A DNA stretch of 64,000 nucleotides from Rotaria socialis (Eukaryota), in contig CAJNYD010000011.1 of the NCBI GenBank assembly GCA_905331295.1, positions 243,114-307,113 on the forward strand. Reading direction: 5' to 3'. Of this stretch, positions 27,150-38,120 are shown one piece after another. Under the pieces are notes generated by a model. It was given only the letters and a program-made list of their open reading frames with translations. It was not told where the DNA came from and made no database searches. The number at the start of each line of letters is the position of its first letter. Position 1 is the stretch's first letter. The translations under genes were made by a program, and so were the position numbers.

Positions 27150-27455
27150 TACTAGCATGTGCAAAAACCGAAAATGCATTCGTTTGATATTATTAGCAGA
27201 ATTCTTCTTTTATTGTATACGTGTTTTAAGATAGAATAAGTAACATATAGAATTTAAAATGGTTATTTTCGAAATCGAAATTCAGCATTGATATTCTTAA
27301 GAGTTGGAGGTAACAATTTCATTATAGTAAACTAATCATGTAATTCTTAAGAATATTTTATAGTTCAATGTCTGTTTCTCTTGATACAATGAACGAATCA
27401 CAATATTTTATTGATACTGAGCTAAAAGCTAGCCTAATGTATGAACACTTTCAAC

Positions 27456-27622
27456 TAGAGGTGAACCATTTAATTTAATGCGAGTTAATTAACGCCGTTA
27501 ATTAACTCAAAGAGTTAACCGTTAATATCAACGGCTAACAGTTTTGCTCAAAGCGTTAATTCATTAATATTAACGGGTATAGCAAACGTTAATTTTAAAT
27601 TAACGTAAACGTACCAGCGTTA
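27456..27622. mobile_element. 167-bp hAT-like MITE with ttaacg/cgttaa repeats
   Basis: Exact 8-bp TSD ctttcaac at 27448-27455 and 27623-27630; many ttaacg/cgttaa motifs; degenerate TIRs. Confidence 0.7.
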
Positions 27623-27863
27623 CTTTCAACTGATTGCATTCACTAGATTTATTTTTCATTTGAATGAGCGTTTCTCTAATTATAATCAAATAACATTGAA
27701 AAGAAAATACTCATTTTAGATCGAGTAATATTCAATGTGAACAAAAATAAACTACCTAATTAATGAAATTGTATATGTAGAAAAAGATACGAGCAACTTT
27801 CGATAGAAAAAAATTATATTACACGTTCGTTCAAAGTCAAACACAATATTGAAAATAAAATCT

Positions 27864-28607
27864 CTACGAAGCTTTGTGAATCGTTGTATTATTATAATTA
27901 TTGATTCCGTCTACATCATCAGGATTCAGAAAATTTCCAAATAATTGATCCCAAAATACAAATAAATCTGCAAAATTCTTATTCGGATGTAAATGATGTA
28001 CATGATGTTCACGTGATCCAACTAATTTAAAAAAACGATACAATTTCGTGTTTTCCCAAGGATGATCATAATTACTATGGCATAATCTTTTAATTGTCGA
28101 TGATATGACTAAAAATAAACAATGATCCCAAAATGAGCCTGGAACCAAGCCTATTAATATCCAACCAACATGACTGCTGAGTACTAATTCGCCCATAGAT
28201 GAAAATGCTGAACTAGCTAAAGTTGGCGTACGTAATTGATGATGTTTTAAATGATTGAAAAATCGACCGAATTTCGAATGCTGAAACTGATGAAATACGA
28301 CACCTAAACCATCGAATAAAATCATTTTTAATATAAATAATATCAACGAAATAGAGTTCATATCTGCCATCGTTTTATAATGTATATGAAAATACCATAC
28401 AGAAGCACGCGTTACGAAATGGATTATTGTATGTAAAACAACAGACGCTTCGTTCAATTCAATACCTTGAGGCTTCCGTTTTTGTATTTCACGTCTCCAT
28501 GGTTTCGATTTCGTCAGATAATCATACAAATTTATACCATAGTATGGTATTGTCATTAGAATTGTTTCAATCGAGAAATAGACGTACCAAGCGTATTGTG
28601 TTTTCAT
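27864..28607 (-). CDS. Fatty-acid hydroxylase / sterol desaturase superfamily membrane enzyme (intronless)
   Basis: His boxes HQFQH, HLKHH, HSNYDH, HHVHH; NFADLFVFWDQLFG motif; hydrophobic segments. Confidence 0.85.
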   Translation of the reverse strand: MKTQYAWYVYFSIETILMTIPYYGINLYDYLTKSKPWRREIQKRKPQGIELNEASVVLHTIIHFVTRASVWYFHIHYKTMADMNSISLILFILKMILFDGLGVVFHQFQHSKFGRFFNHLKHHQLRTPTLASSAFSSMGELVLSSHVGWILIGLVPGSFWDHCLFLVISSTIKRLCHSNYDHPWENTKLYRFFKLVGSREHHVHHLHPNKNFADLFVFWDQLFGNFLNPDDVDGINNYNNTTIHKAS

Positions 28608-29534
28608 AGTAATTAAATTTCAAAAAGAAAAATCTCCAAATAATGAATTATTTAACTTAATCTGTTTCAAAAATGTTCTGCTTTGAATTTTTATTGTTAG
28701 AGATATTTTATTCTATTTTGGTACTTACTGATAAGAACTATATGGTGCGATCATCGGACGCTTCGTTTTTAGTGGAAAGGTATTAATTGTATCAAGAATG
28801 AGTGAAAGAAGTTTTCCATAGTGTTGTTTTTTATCGTAATTATTTTGTTGAGATAATATCAAAACAAAAGGAGAGTCATTTTAAACGATCTATTCATCTG
28901 CATATATTATTTAAAAGATATCTTGTCGATTCAGTAATAGTACTAAATTCAGTAGAATCCCTAATATATTGTTTTTCGTTTTGAACTTCTTAAAGACTAA
29001 TCGTATACAGAACCTTACAAAAGTAGTTCACGCTATTGGATCGGTTCGGTGGATGATTGAGAGAGTATCCGTCATTCAATTATATCGTTTACTGATTGAA
29101 TAGGGTACTATTAAAATATTTTCAACGTTCATAGTGCTGTTTGATGAGATCTTTAATAAACTCCCATATAACTTTGGATTGTTAATATCTTTTACTAACG
29201 GATTTAGCCATTTACTTTTTATAGTAGAATACAGAAGAAGATTATTTTTCACACGAGAATACATTCGATATTGAGATTCCAGTTTCCTGATAGATTAATT
29301 GAATAAATCTGAGAACTGGTATAAATTTCAAAGGAAATGCATTTTCAGTGAAATGGCAACAATTTTCTCTTGTTCGCCATAATTCTGAATCTTTCTACGA
29401 ACTTCATTAGTTCCGCCCGAACCAATTCGTGAACATTTAAATTAAATCAAGCAAAGCTAGCTAGACGAAAAAAAAATTTTCTGCAGGTTAGATTTATAAA
29501 TTTCGAAATCAAGTTTATTCACTAATAATAAATA

Positions 29535-30641
29535 TTACAGATAAATTTTAAAATTTTTCTTTCGATCTACTTTTTCTTGAAGTCTCTTCTTTCCTTGCTC
29601 CGTTAAATTACAATCTTCGATCCATAATTCTTTTAATGTTTGATTATGTTCAAGCATTTCAATAAGGCTATCAATACATAAATCTGTTATGAATATGTTC
29701 ATTGATAGAGATAAAAATTTCAATTTTTTATCATAATAAGCTAATGCATTAGCTAACTTTTTTACACCTTCATCACCAACTTCATTATTTGATAACCATA
29801 ATTCTTTTAAACTCCGATTTGTTTTCAGCATTTCAGACAAATAACTTGCTCCATCATTTGCAATACCATTTTTACTGAGATAAAGAAACCTAAGAGATGA
29901 CTTTTGATTTACTGAGAGTGCTTGAGTTAATTCAAACACACCAACATCATAGATTTGATTGAAAGAGAGATCAAGACTTTGTAATGTTGAATTGTTTATT
30001 AAACTTTTTGCTAATATCGATACACCCTTTGATGTTATCTTATTTCCATATAACCAAAGTTCTGTACATTTTTTTGCAACCACGATTTGACTAACGATCA
30101 TCGATATGTCTTGATCGATAAGAGAACAATAAGATAGATCTACATGTAATTTTGGTTCGAATCGGTTGATTTTTTCTTGAAGTTTTGGATTATAATAAAA
30201 TTCTGTTTTGAAACTTTTATTAGCGGGTTCGACGGTTATTATCGTTGATAACGATGTTGGTATTGATGTTGGCGTTGGTGTTGGCGGTCGCGTTGATGCT
30301 GGAGATCGTGTTGGTGTTGGCGGTCGCATTTTTGTTGGTGTTACAGATCGCGTTGGTGTTAGTGGTCGCGTTGATGCTGGTGCTAGCGTTGGCGTTGATG
30401 GTGAAGGACTAGTAGGATTTAATCGAAATGATACAGATTGAGAATATGGAACTGGTGGTTTGAGTTCGTTTGACATAAGAGATAAATTTATATTTGTTTT
30501 AGCGGCAAATTTTATGGCAGAGGAGCTTTCTTGGTCTTCTATTATTGATACTAACGTTCTATAAGGTTTCTCCAGAGGATTTTTTCGAGTGATGGCATTA
30601 ACTTTTCTTGAAGTCATTACGTTAGTTGTTTTTACAAACAT
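29535..30641 (-). CDS. Pro/Thr-rich linker + RNI-like leucine-rich-repeat protein (intronless)
   Basis: 368-aa ORF; TRPPTPT-type repeats; 28-residue-type LRRs (LWLYGNKITSKG, LDLSFNQIYDVG, LYLSKNGIANDG, LWLSNNEVGDEG). Confidence 0.88.
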   Translation of the reverse strand: MFVKTTNVMTSRKVNAITRKNPLEKPYRTLVSIIEDQESSSAIKFAAKTNINLSLMSNELKPPVPYSQSVSFRLNPTSPSPSTPTLAPASTRPLTPTRSVTPTKMRPPTPTRSPASTRPPTPTPTSIPTSLSTIITVEPANKSFKTEFYYNPKLQEKINRFEPKLHVDLSYCSLIDQDISMIVSQIVVAKKCTELWLYGNKITSKGVSILAKSLINNSTLQSLDLSFNQIYDVGVFELTQALSVNQKSSLRFLYLSKNGIANDGASYLSEMLKTNRSLKELWLSNNEVGDEGVKKLANALAYYDKKLKFLSLSMNIFITDLCIDSLIEMLEHNQTLKELWIEDCNLTEQGKKRLQEKVDRKKNFKIYL

Positions 30642-33420
30642 TCAGCTGTAGAGTAATATAAATGAAAAAATATATTTCATTACGATAACTAATTAGAAAT
30701 CGAATATTCGTTTTTCCTCTGATTATAAGTTTCATTGATATGCGCTTTCTGATAGGTAAAAGCAACTATTAGAACAATCTTTGTAACATCAAATTGCGAA
30801 AATATATCAATGTTATTATTGGCAATCAAAATAAGATTTTTTTACTCTTATTCAACCGTCCTAAAATGCAATAAATCATAACGAGAAGTACTTAATAAAT
30901 ACGGCTTGAGAAGAGAAACGGTCGGACTGTTACTCCCTAAATGTTTTAGATCTTGCGCCAGAAAAAATCGATACAACATATATTACATTTATCTGAATTG
31001 ATTATTAGATAATTTATAGTATACAATCAGATACTATGCCTCAAGGACTAAAAGTATCAAACTATCAGAAAAGGCAAATTTCGATGAAAATAGTTCGAAT
31101 TAAAATTTTTTTTGATGAGTCAAAATTTCAGGAGTGAATTTTCTAAAACTATTTCTGACAAAATTTGAACTCAAAATCGATATTTCGTTTCATCAGTTCT
31201 AAGCAACGATGAAACACTTCGAACAGCGTAGTAATGAGTACGAATTCTTTAATGTGCTCTCAGTCTTTTTATAATCTATTTACTACAACCAATATACACT
31301 CTTAAGTTACCTATAAATTTCAAATATTATTTAACCATCAATATAATCTAACGGAATTATCTTTGAATTGAAAATAATAAAAGATGATTCTGCTGAAATT
31401 TTGCGTGCTATGTAATATATTGAATTTAAACGAAATTGATTTCTTTATTCATTTAACTAATTTTACGTTTACACGTGATAAATGAGAAGTCTCGTATTTT
31501 AACAAATCATACAGAAGAAACACAAACCTGTTGTCGTATAACAGTTGATTTCAGCACTACGTAGTATTTTATTTTTCTCTAATTAAAAAAATGCAATATC
31601 GCTTATTATTTTTCTGTTTACCTGTACCTCACGTGTTGGAAGCCAACCATATAACTAAAATAACTACTAATGATATTAATATTGCTTTTTTTTATCATTT
31701 TTCTTCCGCTCACATACATTAATTGAAAGAGAAAAAAAACGCACGAAATAAGCCGCATCGCTCCTAATCGATACATTTTTCACTCAATGTATCATGACTG
31801 CTATTTGAAGGATGACGTTGTTTTTCCAATTTGAAATGAAAAGTGTAACGTGTATTAGCGATGAGTTTGATAAATGTGCTGAATTAAAGATAAATCATTC
31901 GTCGTATAACTATTTTAAATAGTATTCAGTTAAAGTTTTGTAATATACGAAATAAAATGTAATCAAAACGAAAAAGCACATCATTAATGAAAAGTAAAAT
32001 TAGGAATTTCGTCTCTTGTGTATGCTAGCTGAAGAAATATTTTAGATGTTTTGTTTAAAGAAACTCAGGAAGTCTGTTTAGCATCGGATTCACCACCAAT
32101 TTTCAAGTTCTATTATTATTTCACAAACATATTTATTTAATCATGTTTCTATAAGAAAGCAGCCTATCGGAACATGATATTCAGAATATGCATCGAATAG
32201 AAACGACAATTTTTATGGTCTGTTAAGATAATGAAATATTTTGTTATCGAAATGTAGAAGCTACAATGTATGGTTGTCATCGTGGAAAGGCGATTTGTGT
32301 GAAATTTTTAATTTTACGCTAAATTATTTTATTTTCATGTTTTGTTTTTACTATTCGCTACTAAATTAATCCCCTTTAATTAATTAATCTTTTGCTAATT
32401 GCGAACTTTAATTAGCGTTTTTCCATCAAAGTATGCCTGATTCTTAGCATTTTAAGGTGGAAATATTAAGAGAATGTGTTCACAATAATAATGACACCCT
32501 TAAAACCCTGAAATCCTGATGGAAATCCTGAAAGTCGTCTTAGTTTTGAGGAAAACCTTTTAAGTTAAATATTTGGAANGTTACAAGATTTTGTGTCCCA
32601 AATACCATTCATGCAAAGAAATGAATATACATAAGCTATAATCATACTATTTGTTTCAGAAAAAAACAAGTACAGGTACATAGAGGCAACAATGATTAGT
32701 TGTTTTGAAGTATGAGAACACTCGAAAAACTATTTAAAAAGAAACAGAACGTTGTTTATGACGAATGAATCAATTTTAGAAAGACATTTTTATGAATCAC
32801 AAAATTAGACCAATCTTCGTTTTTTTTTCGTAATTTTGTCAGACAATTACAATCGATTATTAGACTATGTGTCACAAGCATGATGAAAAAAACGTTATAT
32901 TAATATCTAGACTACATGAAATAATTTCTCTCATCCATTATGCTTAATTTTTAAAGGAACTTAACATTTACATATTATAATAGATCTCAATCAAATCAAT
33001 CGACTAATTTAGGAAATAAATGAAGAAAGATAAAGATCGTTTATTTATTTACTACAGTTGCAGATAGACTGCGAATGATTTTTTTCCCATAGCGATTTTA
33101 TTTAATCTCGAAAATTAATGTGAAAACAAGAACCAGGAAGAAGATTTCGTTGCTTCCAAAATCTTCCGAAATCATACTGTATATCATTGTGATTTTCTTT
33201 TTAATTTACAACAATGCAAATAGTTTATTAAGAGTTAAATAACAATTTTACTTTGTTTTTTCTTTCCACAAGTTAAAAAAAACTTCCATTGAGAACTTTT
33301 GGTTCATAACTAATATTATTGTACAAAGAAAAACAAAATTCAACGATATGCACATTTCATCATATTCAATATGACAAACTGAAAAACCACTTCGACAAGG
33401 TACACAACATTACGCAAAAG

Positions 33421-34923
33421 TTAATGTATGGTTAATCCAATGCATCCGCTTGTTCTCACAAAGTCCTTAAGCCTTTTTAAATCGCGTGACGATAGACTCT
33501 GCCCATTGACTTCAAATCGTGTCAATGTTTGATTAATTTCAAGCATTTGAATAATTACATTGACCGTTTCACTTGTTTTGAATTGATTCCATATAAGCGA
33601 AAGTAGCTGAAGCGTATTGTTACTGGTCACGTCTCTGGCCAACGATTGTATACCTCGATCTTTGATACAATTTTTTATTATCCACACTTTAATTAATGAT
33701 CTATTATGTTTTAACATGTTTGCTAATTGTTCGGCACCATCGTCTGTAATACCATTGTTATTAAGGGAAAGTTCTTTTAAACTTGAATTAGCTCCATTTG
33801 CAAGGGATCTTGCAAGAGCTTCAGCACCAACATCACCAATTTGAATATCTGTTAGAAATAATTGAGATAAAGTAATATTATTTTCTAACGATTTGCCAAT
33901 CGTTATTGCACCTTGCGGTGTAATTTCATCTCCTCTTAAAAACAGTGTTTGACATTGTTTTTTCATAATGACTTCATTAACAACAGTTTCTATTTCATCA
34001 TCAGTAAAACGTTCTCTACGTATACATGCATGTTCACGATCTCTGAATCGATCGATTTCTTGATCAAGTTTTGTTCTTGTATCTGTTTGCGTTTGTTTCA
34101 AGAATGTTCGTAAAATGTTAAGCATTCTTTTTTTTACCGGATTTAACATTTTTGTTTCTAGCAGTATAGGTTCTAAAAGTGTATATGGAGATTTAATTTC
34201 GTGTAAATGAATGATATTAGAAAACGTCTGTGTGTCACGATAGGTTCGAATAACTTGTAATGTAGTTGCCGGCAAAAGTAATATTTCTTTTTCTTGTTGA
34301 AAAATTGAATATTGACTAATGTCTCGTCCCGTAGTACAATCAATAATGAAAAGTGTTTTCTCACCAGTTTCATTTAAAAAAATTTCATGTTCCGAAACAT
34401 TTCTTTTTGTTGAACATGATGAAAAACCCCACCAAACAATTGTATTTCCTTGTCGATACTGGTCATCGTTGACTAATGTAACTCCACGATAAACTCGATG
34501 TTGATTCGTTGGAAGACGGGCTAGTCCTGTAAGAATAAGTTTCAAATATAGAAACCATGGTTTCAAAGCTGTACGATCTTCCGTTCGTAGTATTGTATTA
34601 AGAATGTAGTAAAGCGAATCTTGATATGGGCTCCATTCCAATGTGTAAAGTTTAATTGCAGCTAATTCATCAATTGAAAGATTATTGTCATGATAATCCG
34701 CAGCATATTGTTTGCACTGTTCCACTTTAGCTAGAATAGTAGGCATGCGCAGAATAAACGGTGCGACTGCTTCTTCAAGTGGAACTAAAGGTTTGTCATT
34801 GTATCCCTCTACCGGAGCCATCATAATACCTGGTTCTCTATCTGCATCATAAAAACGATGTTGCGTATCGATACGATCATTGATATCTTCCATAGATAAA
34901 GTTGTGCTTTTAATTGTGGACAA
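33421..34923 (-). CDS. R-S-E class ADP-ribosyltransferase domain fused to RNI-like LRRs (intronless; first ATG at 34893)
   Basis: AAIKLYTLEW, SLYYILN, VYRGV (catalytic R), WWGFSSCS (S-x-S), QQEKEILLLP (E-x-E); followed by LRRs LFLTDIQIGDVG, LSLNNNGITDDG; no signal peptide. Confidence 0.88.
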   Translation of the reverse strand: MSTIKSTTLSMEDINDRIDTQHRFYDADREPGIMMAPVEGYNDKPLVPLEEAVAPFILRMPTILAKVEQCKQYAADYHDNNLSIDELAAIKLYTLEWSPYQDSLYYILNTILRTEDRTALKPWFLYLKLILTGLARLPTNQHRVYRGVTLVNDDQYRQGNTIVWWGFSSCSTKRNVSEHEIFLNETGEKTLFIIDCTTGRDISQYSIFQQEKEILLLPATTLQVIRTYRDTQTFSNIIHLHEIKSPYTLLEPILLETKMLNPVKKRMLNILRTFLKQTQTDTRTKLDQEIDRFRDREHACIRRERFTDDEIETVVNEVIMKKQCQTLFLRGDEITPQGAITIGKSLENNITLSQLFLTDIQIGDVGAEALARSLANGANSSLKELSLNNNGITDDGAEQLANMLKHNRSLIKVWIIKNCIKDRGIQSLARDVTSNNTLQLLSLIWNQFKTSETVNVIIQMLEINQTLTRFEVNGQSLSSRDLKRLKDFVRTSGCIGLTIH

Positions 34924-35380
34924 TATTCAATGAAAAACTGATTGATTTCTAAAAATGATACTGAAAGCTGACAGCCCTTTCTAAGTTGGTTATATGTGTA
35001 TGATCGTAAGAATCAACCTTCACTTGCAAATACCTTTTTGCTTTCTGTCACATTACATGTCTAGATAAACATATAGACTCACTGTCTCGGTAGGTTGCAA
35101 AATATTACACGTGCGATGAAATAATTTGCCTATTTCCATCTTAGTCATATTAAACGTCATTGATCGAAATTGAAACGAAGGCTTGTGATAAAACGGTAGT
35201 AGCCTTTGCACTGTATGCAAATCACAAGATAATGTATGAATAGAAAACAAATGAATCGTGATATTAGAAGTATCGTAAATAGTATGATTGCTTATAGAGC
35301 AAGTAATATGTCATTTTCAGGTGAAACTTCGATATAATACTTATGAGAAATATATCTATACAAAAATAACATACTACTAT

Positions 35381-35539
35381 TAGTGGTGGCGCCACAGAGG
35401 AGCTGAGCTCCTCCAGAGTTTTTGAAAATTTTCACACACCCTCTATAATCTTTTCTGATATTGCCGTAAATCTATTATCACGTTGTAATTGAGGGCTAAG
35501 CCCGCTGCCCCAAAATAAAAATTTCTGGTGGCATCACTA
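35381..35539. mobile_element. 159-bp hAT-like MITE
   Basis: Imperfect TIRs tagtggtggcgcca / tggtggcatcacta; exact 8-bp TSD actactat at 35373-35380 and 35540-35547. Confidence 0.8.
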
Positions 35540-38120
35540 ACTACTATCGTTACATTTAACTAGATTTGTTTGTAGGGATTTTCTACTAGAATTATACACG
35601 AGTTCAATAGCAATATTCAACATTAAAGATCGATCTCATTCTTACAAACAAATATTGTGTATTGAAATTCAAAAATAAAATACTTCCTAGAACGCGAAAA
35701 AATATGAATCTATTGTAATTGTGTGTTAGTATTTATAAGAAATATATATGTATTCATCATGTTCTTTTTCACTGGAATCGATTCGTTTATTATTTAACTA
35801 TTTGAGAATGCTGCAATTCATGCTTGAATTATTTTTTTAATTATTACAGAAAAAAAATAGAATCAGATGTCTTTCTACACAGCACGATATATTGCTTGCA
35901 GTGAGATTCGAGTATTTTAATTTTAGATTAGGTTAGATGGCGTTGCGTTATTCTCCATTGGTTTACGTCTCAAACTAATGATTTGGTTTCACCTTCTAGT
36001 GTCTGTCTTTAATCAATCTGTCAGAAACACCCAAACCTACAAAAATAAACGAGCACAGCTTGTGCGATCGCTAATGACTAAATGTGTAAGCCAATGCATA
36101 AATCACCGGCAAACGTTAAATATATCGTAACTGTTTGTTTTGTACAGATGTTGGCAGTTGTCTAGTTGATCAGTCTCTACTTCTTCTAGCACATTTTTGA
36201 CTGATATATGACGCTTCTCTAAGAGTTTGAACTGATTCATAACAAAAGATGTGTGGTTAAGCTCAAATCTAGCCGAGTAGATCATCACCATTCTTTTTTA
36301 TCTACTAGCGTGTTGTGAATAGTATATTTCATATGAAAGTGCTTTTGTTTGAAGTTGTTTAATGGAAAGCTCTTAGTGATATTTATTACACTTGTATCAG
36401 TAAATTAGTCTATTTTGATTGTCTGAAGAATCGTCATCGGCACTTAGCACAGAAATTGTTTATCGAAATAAAATGAACGCTGTGTGAAACTGTATGTGAA
36501 ATTGAAGAACATATGCAGATGCGTATATGTTTAAATCAATTTATTTCACAATACAATAGCTAATGTCGTGAAACTAGGTCTCATTCGAGTTTCTTTTGCC
36601 AAATCGAATATTTGTAGTATTTTTTCGGGATGAAGTCTAATGTTTCATATGGAGCATACTCGTTTAGTTCAATGGTATTTATGATAGTTATAAACTTTCT
36701 GAAACATATATGCAAATACTCTTGATTGTATACATCATAACGATGCTAGAATGCAGTTCACGGAATATTAACTTGAGTTAGTTAAGTCTCACATAGTCTT
36801 GATGTTGAAAAAATTTAGTTGATTTAACCAAGTTACCAGCATCACCTTTTTCCTTTCATTGATGTGTTTACAATTCCAAGAAAAATAAAGTGTCATTAAA
36901 AATGTGAAAACATTTCCAACCGAACGACTTGATATTTTTTTATGGTTCTCCTGTTTCTTTCAGCGACTTAAGTTCGGCTGCATGTGTCCTGTTAATGGTA
37001 TATTATTATTATTAAAATGATCAAAAGTAATTGCATATTTCCAAAATACTTTCAAGTTTTCATAATTCAATTATAAATACCGGTGCGATTTGACAGTAAA
37101 GTAACCGCCATACATAAAAATCAAGCTGAAAGAAGAAAAGGGTAAAAATGCACACCGTAGCATCTATTCGTTTAGCGATAGTATTTTTCTTTTCCCTACG
37201 AAGATCTTCGATTGTAAACTGAAAACAAAATTGATCGATATAAGATTTTATGCTGCATATTTAAGAAACTGATGGGTGTTTTTTGTAAATAGAATCACCA
37301 GAGTAGATTTCATGTTTTTATTTCAGTTTAGTTTGATTTTGACATCAAATGACACGCGAAATTTATTTATATCCATTAGCTTTATTTTCATTTTTTTCGA
37401 AGTTCTTGTTAAATAAATATCGCATAGTGTTTATCAGTATATCAAATAGTCGACCAATATAAACACACTCTAACCCCATGTATAGGTAAAACAATAGAAA
37501 TTAAGATATTGTGAATACTTTTAAATGTCAATACAGACGTTCAGATCTATATTTGTTATTTTCAAAAACAATTTTTTCTATGACTCATTAAAAGAAATGT
37601 AACTAGCACGCAATATCCTAGAATCTAAATCACAGAAATGCCAGGCATTACTAAAGGTATCATGTTTACTCTTGGTTGCGTCTTCGGAGAAAGCAAAAAA
37701 GACGACCATACTTAATGATAGAAAGAGTACGTTATTTTTTTTCTTCTCGTTCTGTCAAATGACGAGAATAAAGCATGCACTCAATTTATTTTACTACGGT
37801 CCGCCATGTTTCAGCTACTCGAGGATATTTTTATGAAATTAGTCACATATTTATATCGTCTGCACATGTACATACGATTCAATAATATGGTTATCATCTA
37901 TTCGGTTAAAACTATCGCTATCATTGAAATATTCTATCAGCATATTGTATGAATTCATAGTTAGATAATTGAATTGTTAAAATTCTATTGGAGGTCATAC
38001 AAACAGCGCGAGGTGCGTTCGTGCAGATGCAAACAAAAAAATGAAAAAAAAGCAAGATGGTTTGTAGTAACAGTTTTTTTTGCTTTTTGACAGATTTATT
38101 TTCTTTCAAACAATCAAATC

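Noticed and set aside
30250..30410. Short tandem repeats as a CRISPR-like or noncoding array
   Set aside because: They are the coding Pro/Thr-rich linker of the LRR ORF; the 30208-30441 plus-strand ORF is its antisense shadow
36103..36800. Possible decayed coding sequence on the minus strand
   Set aside because: Many stops and no motif I could assign
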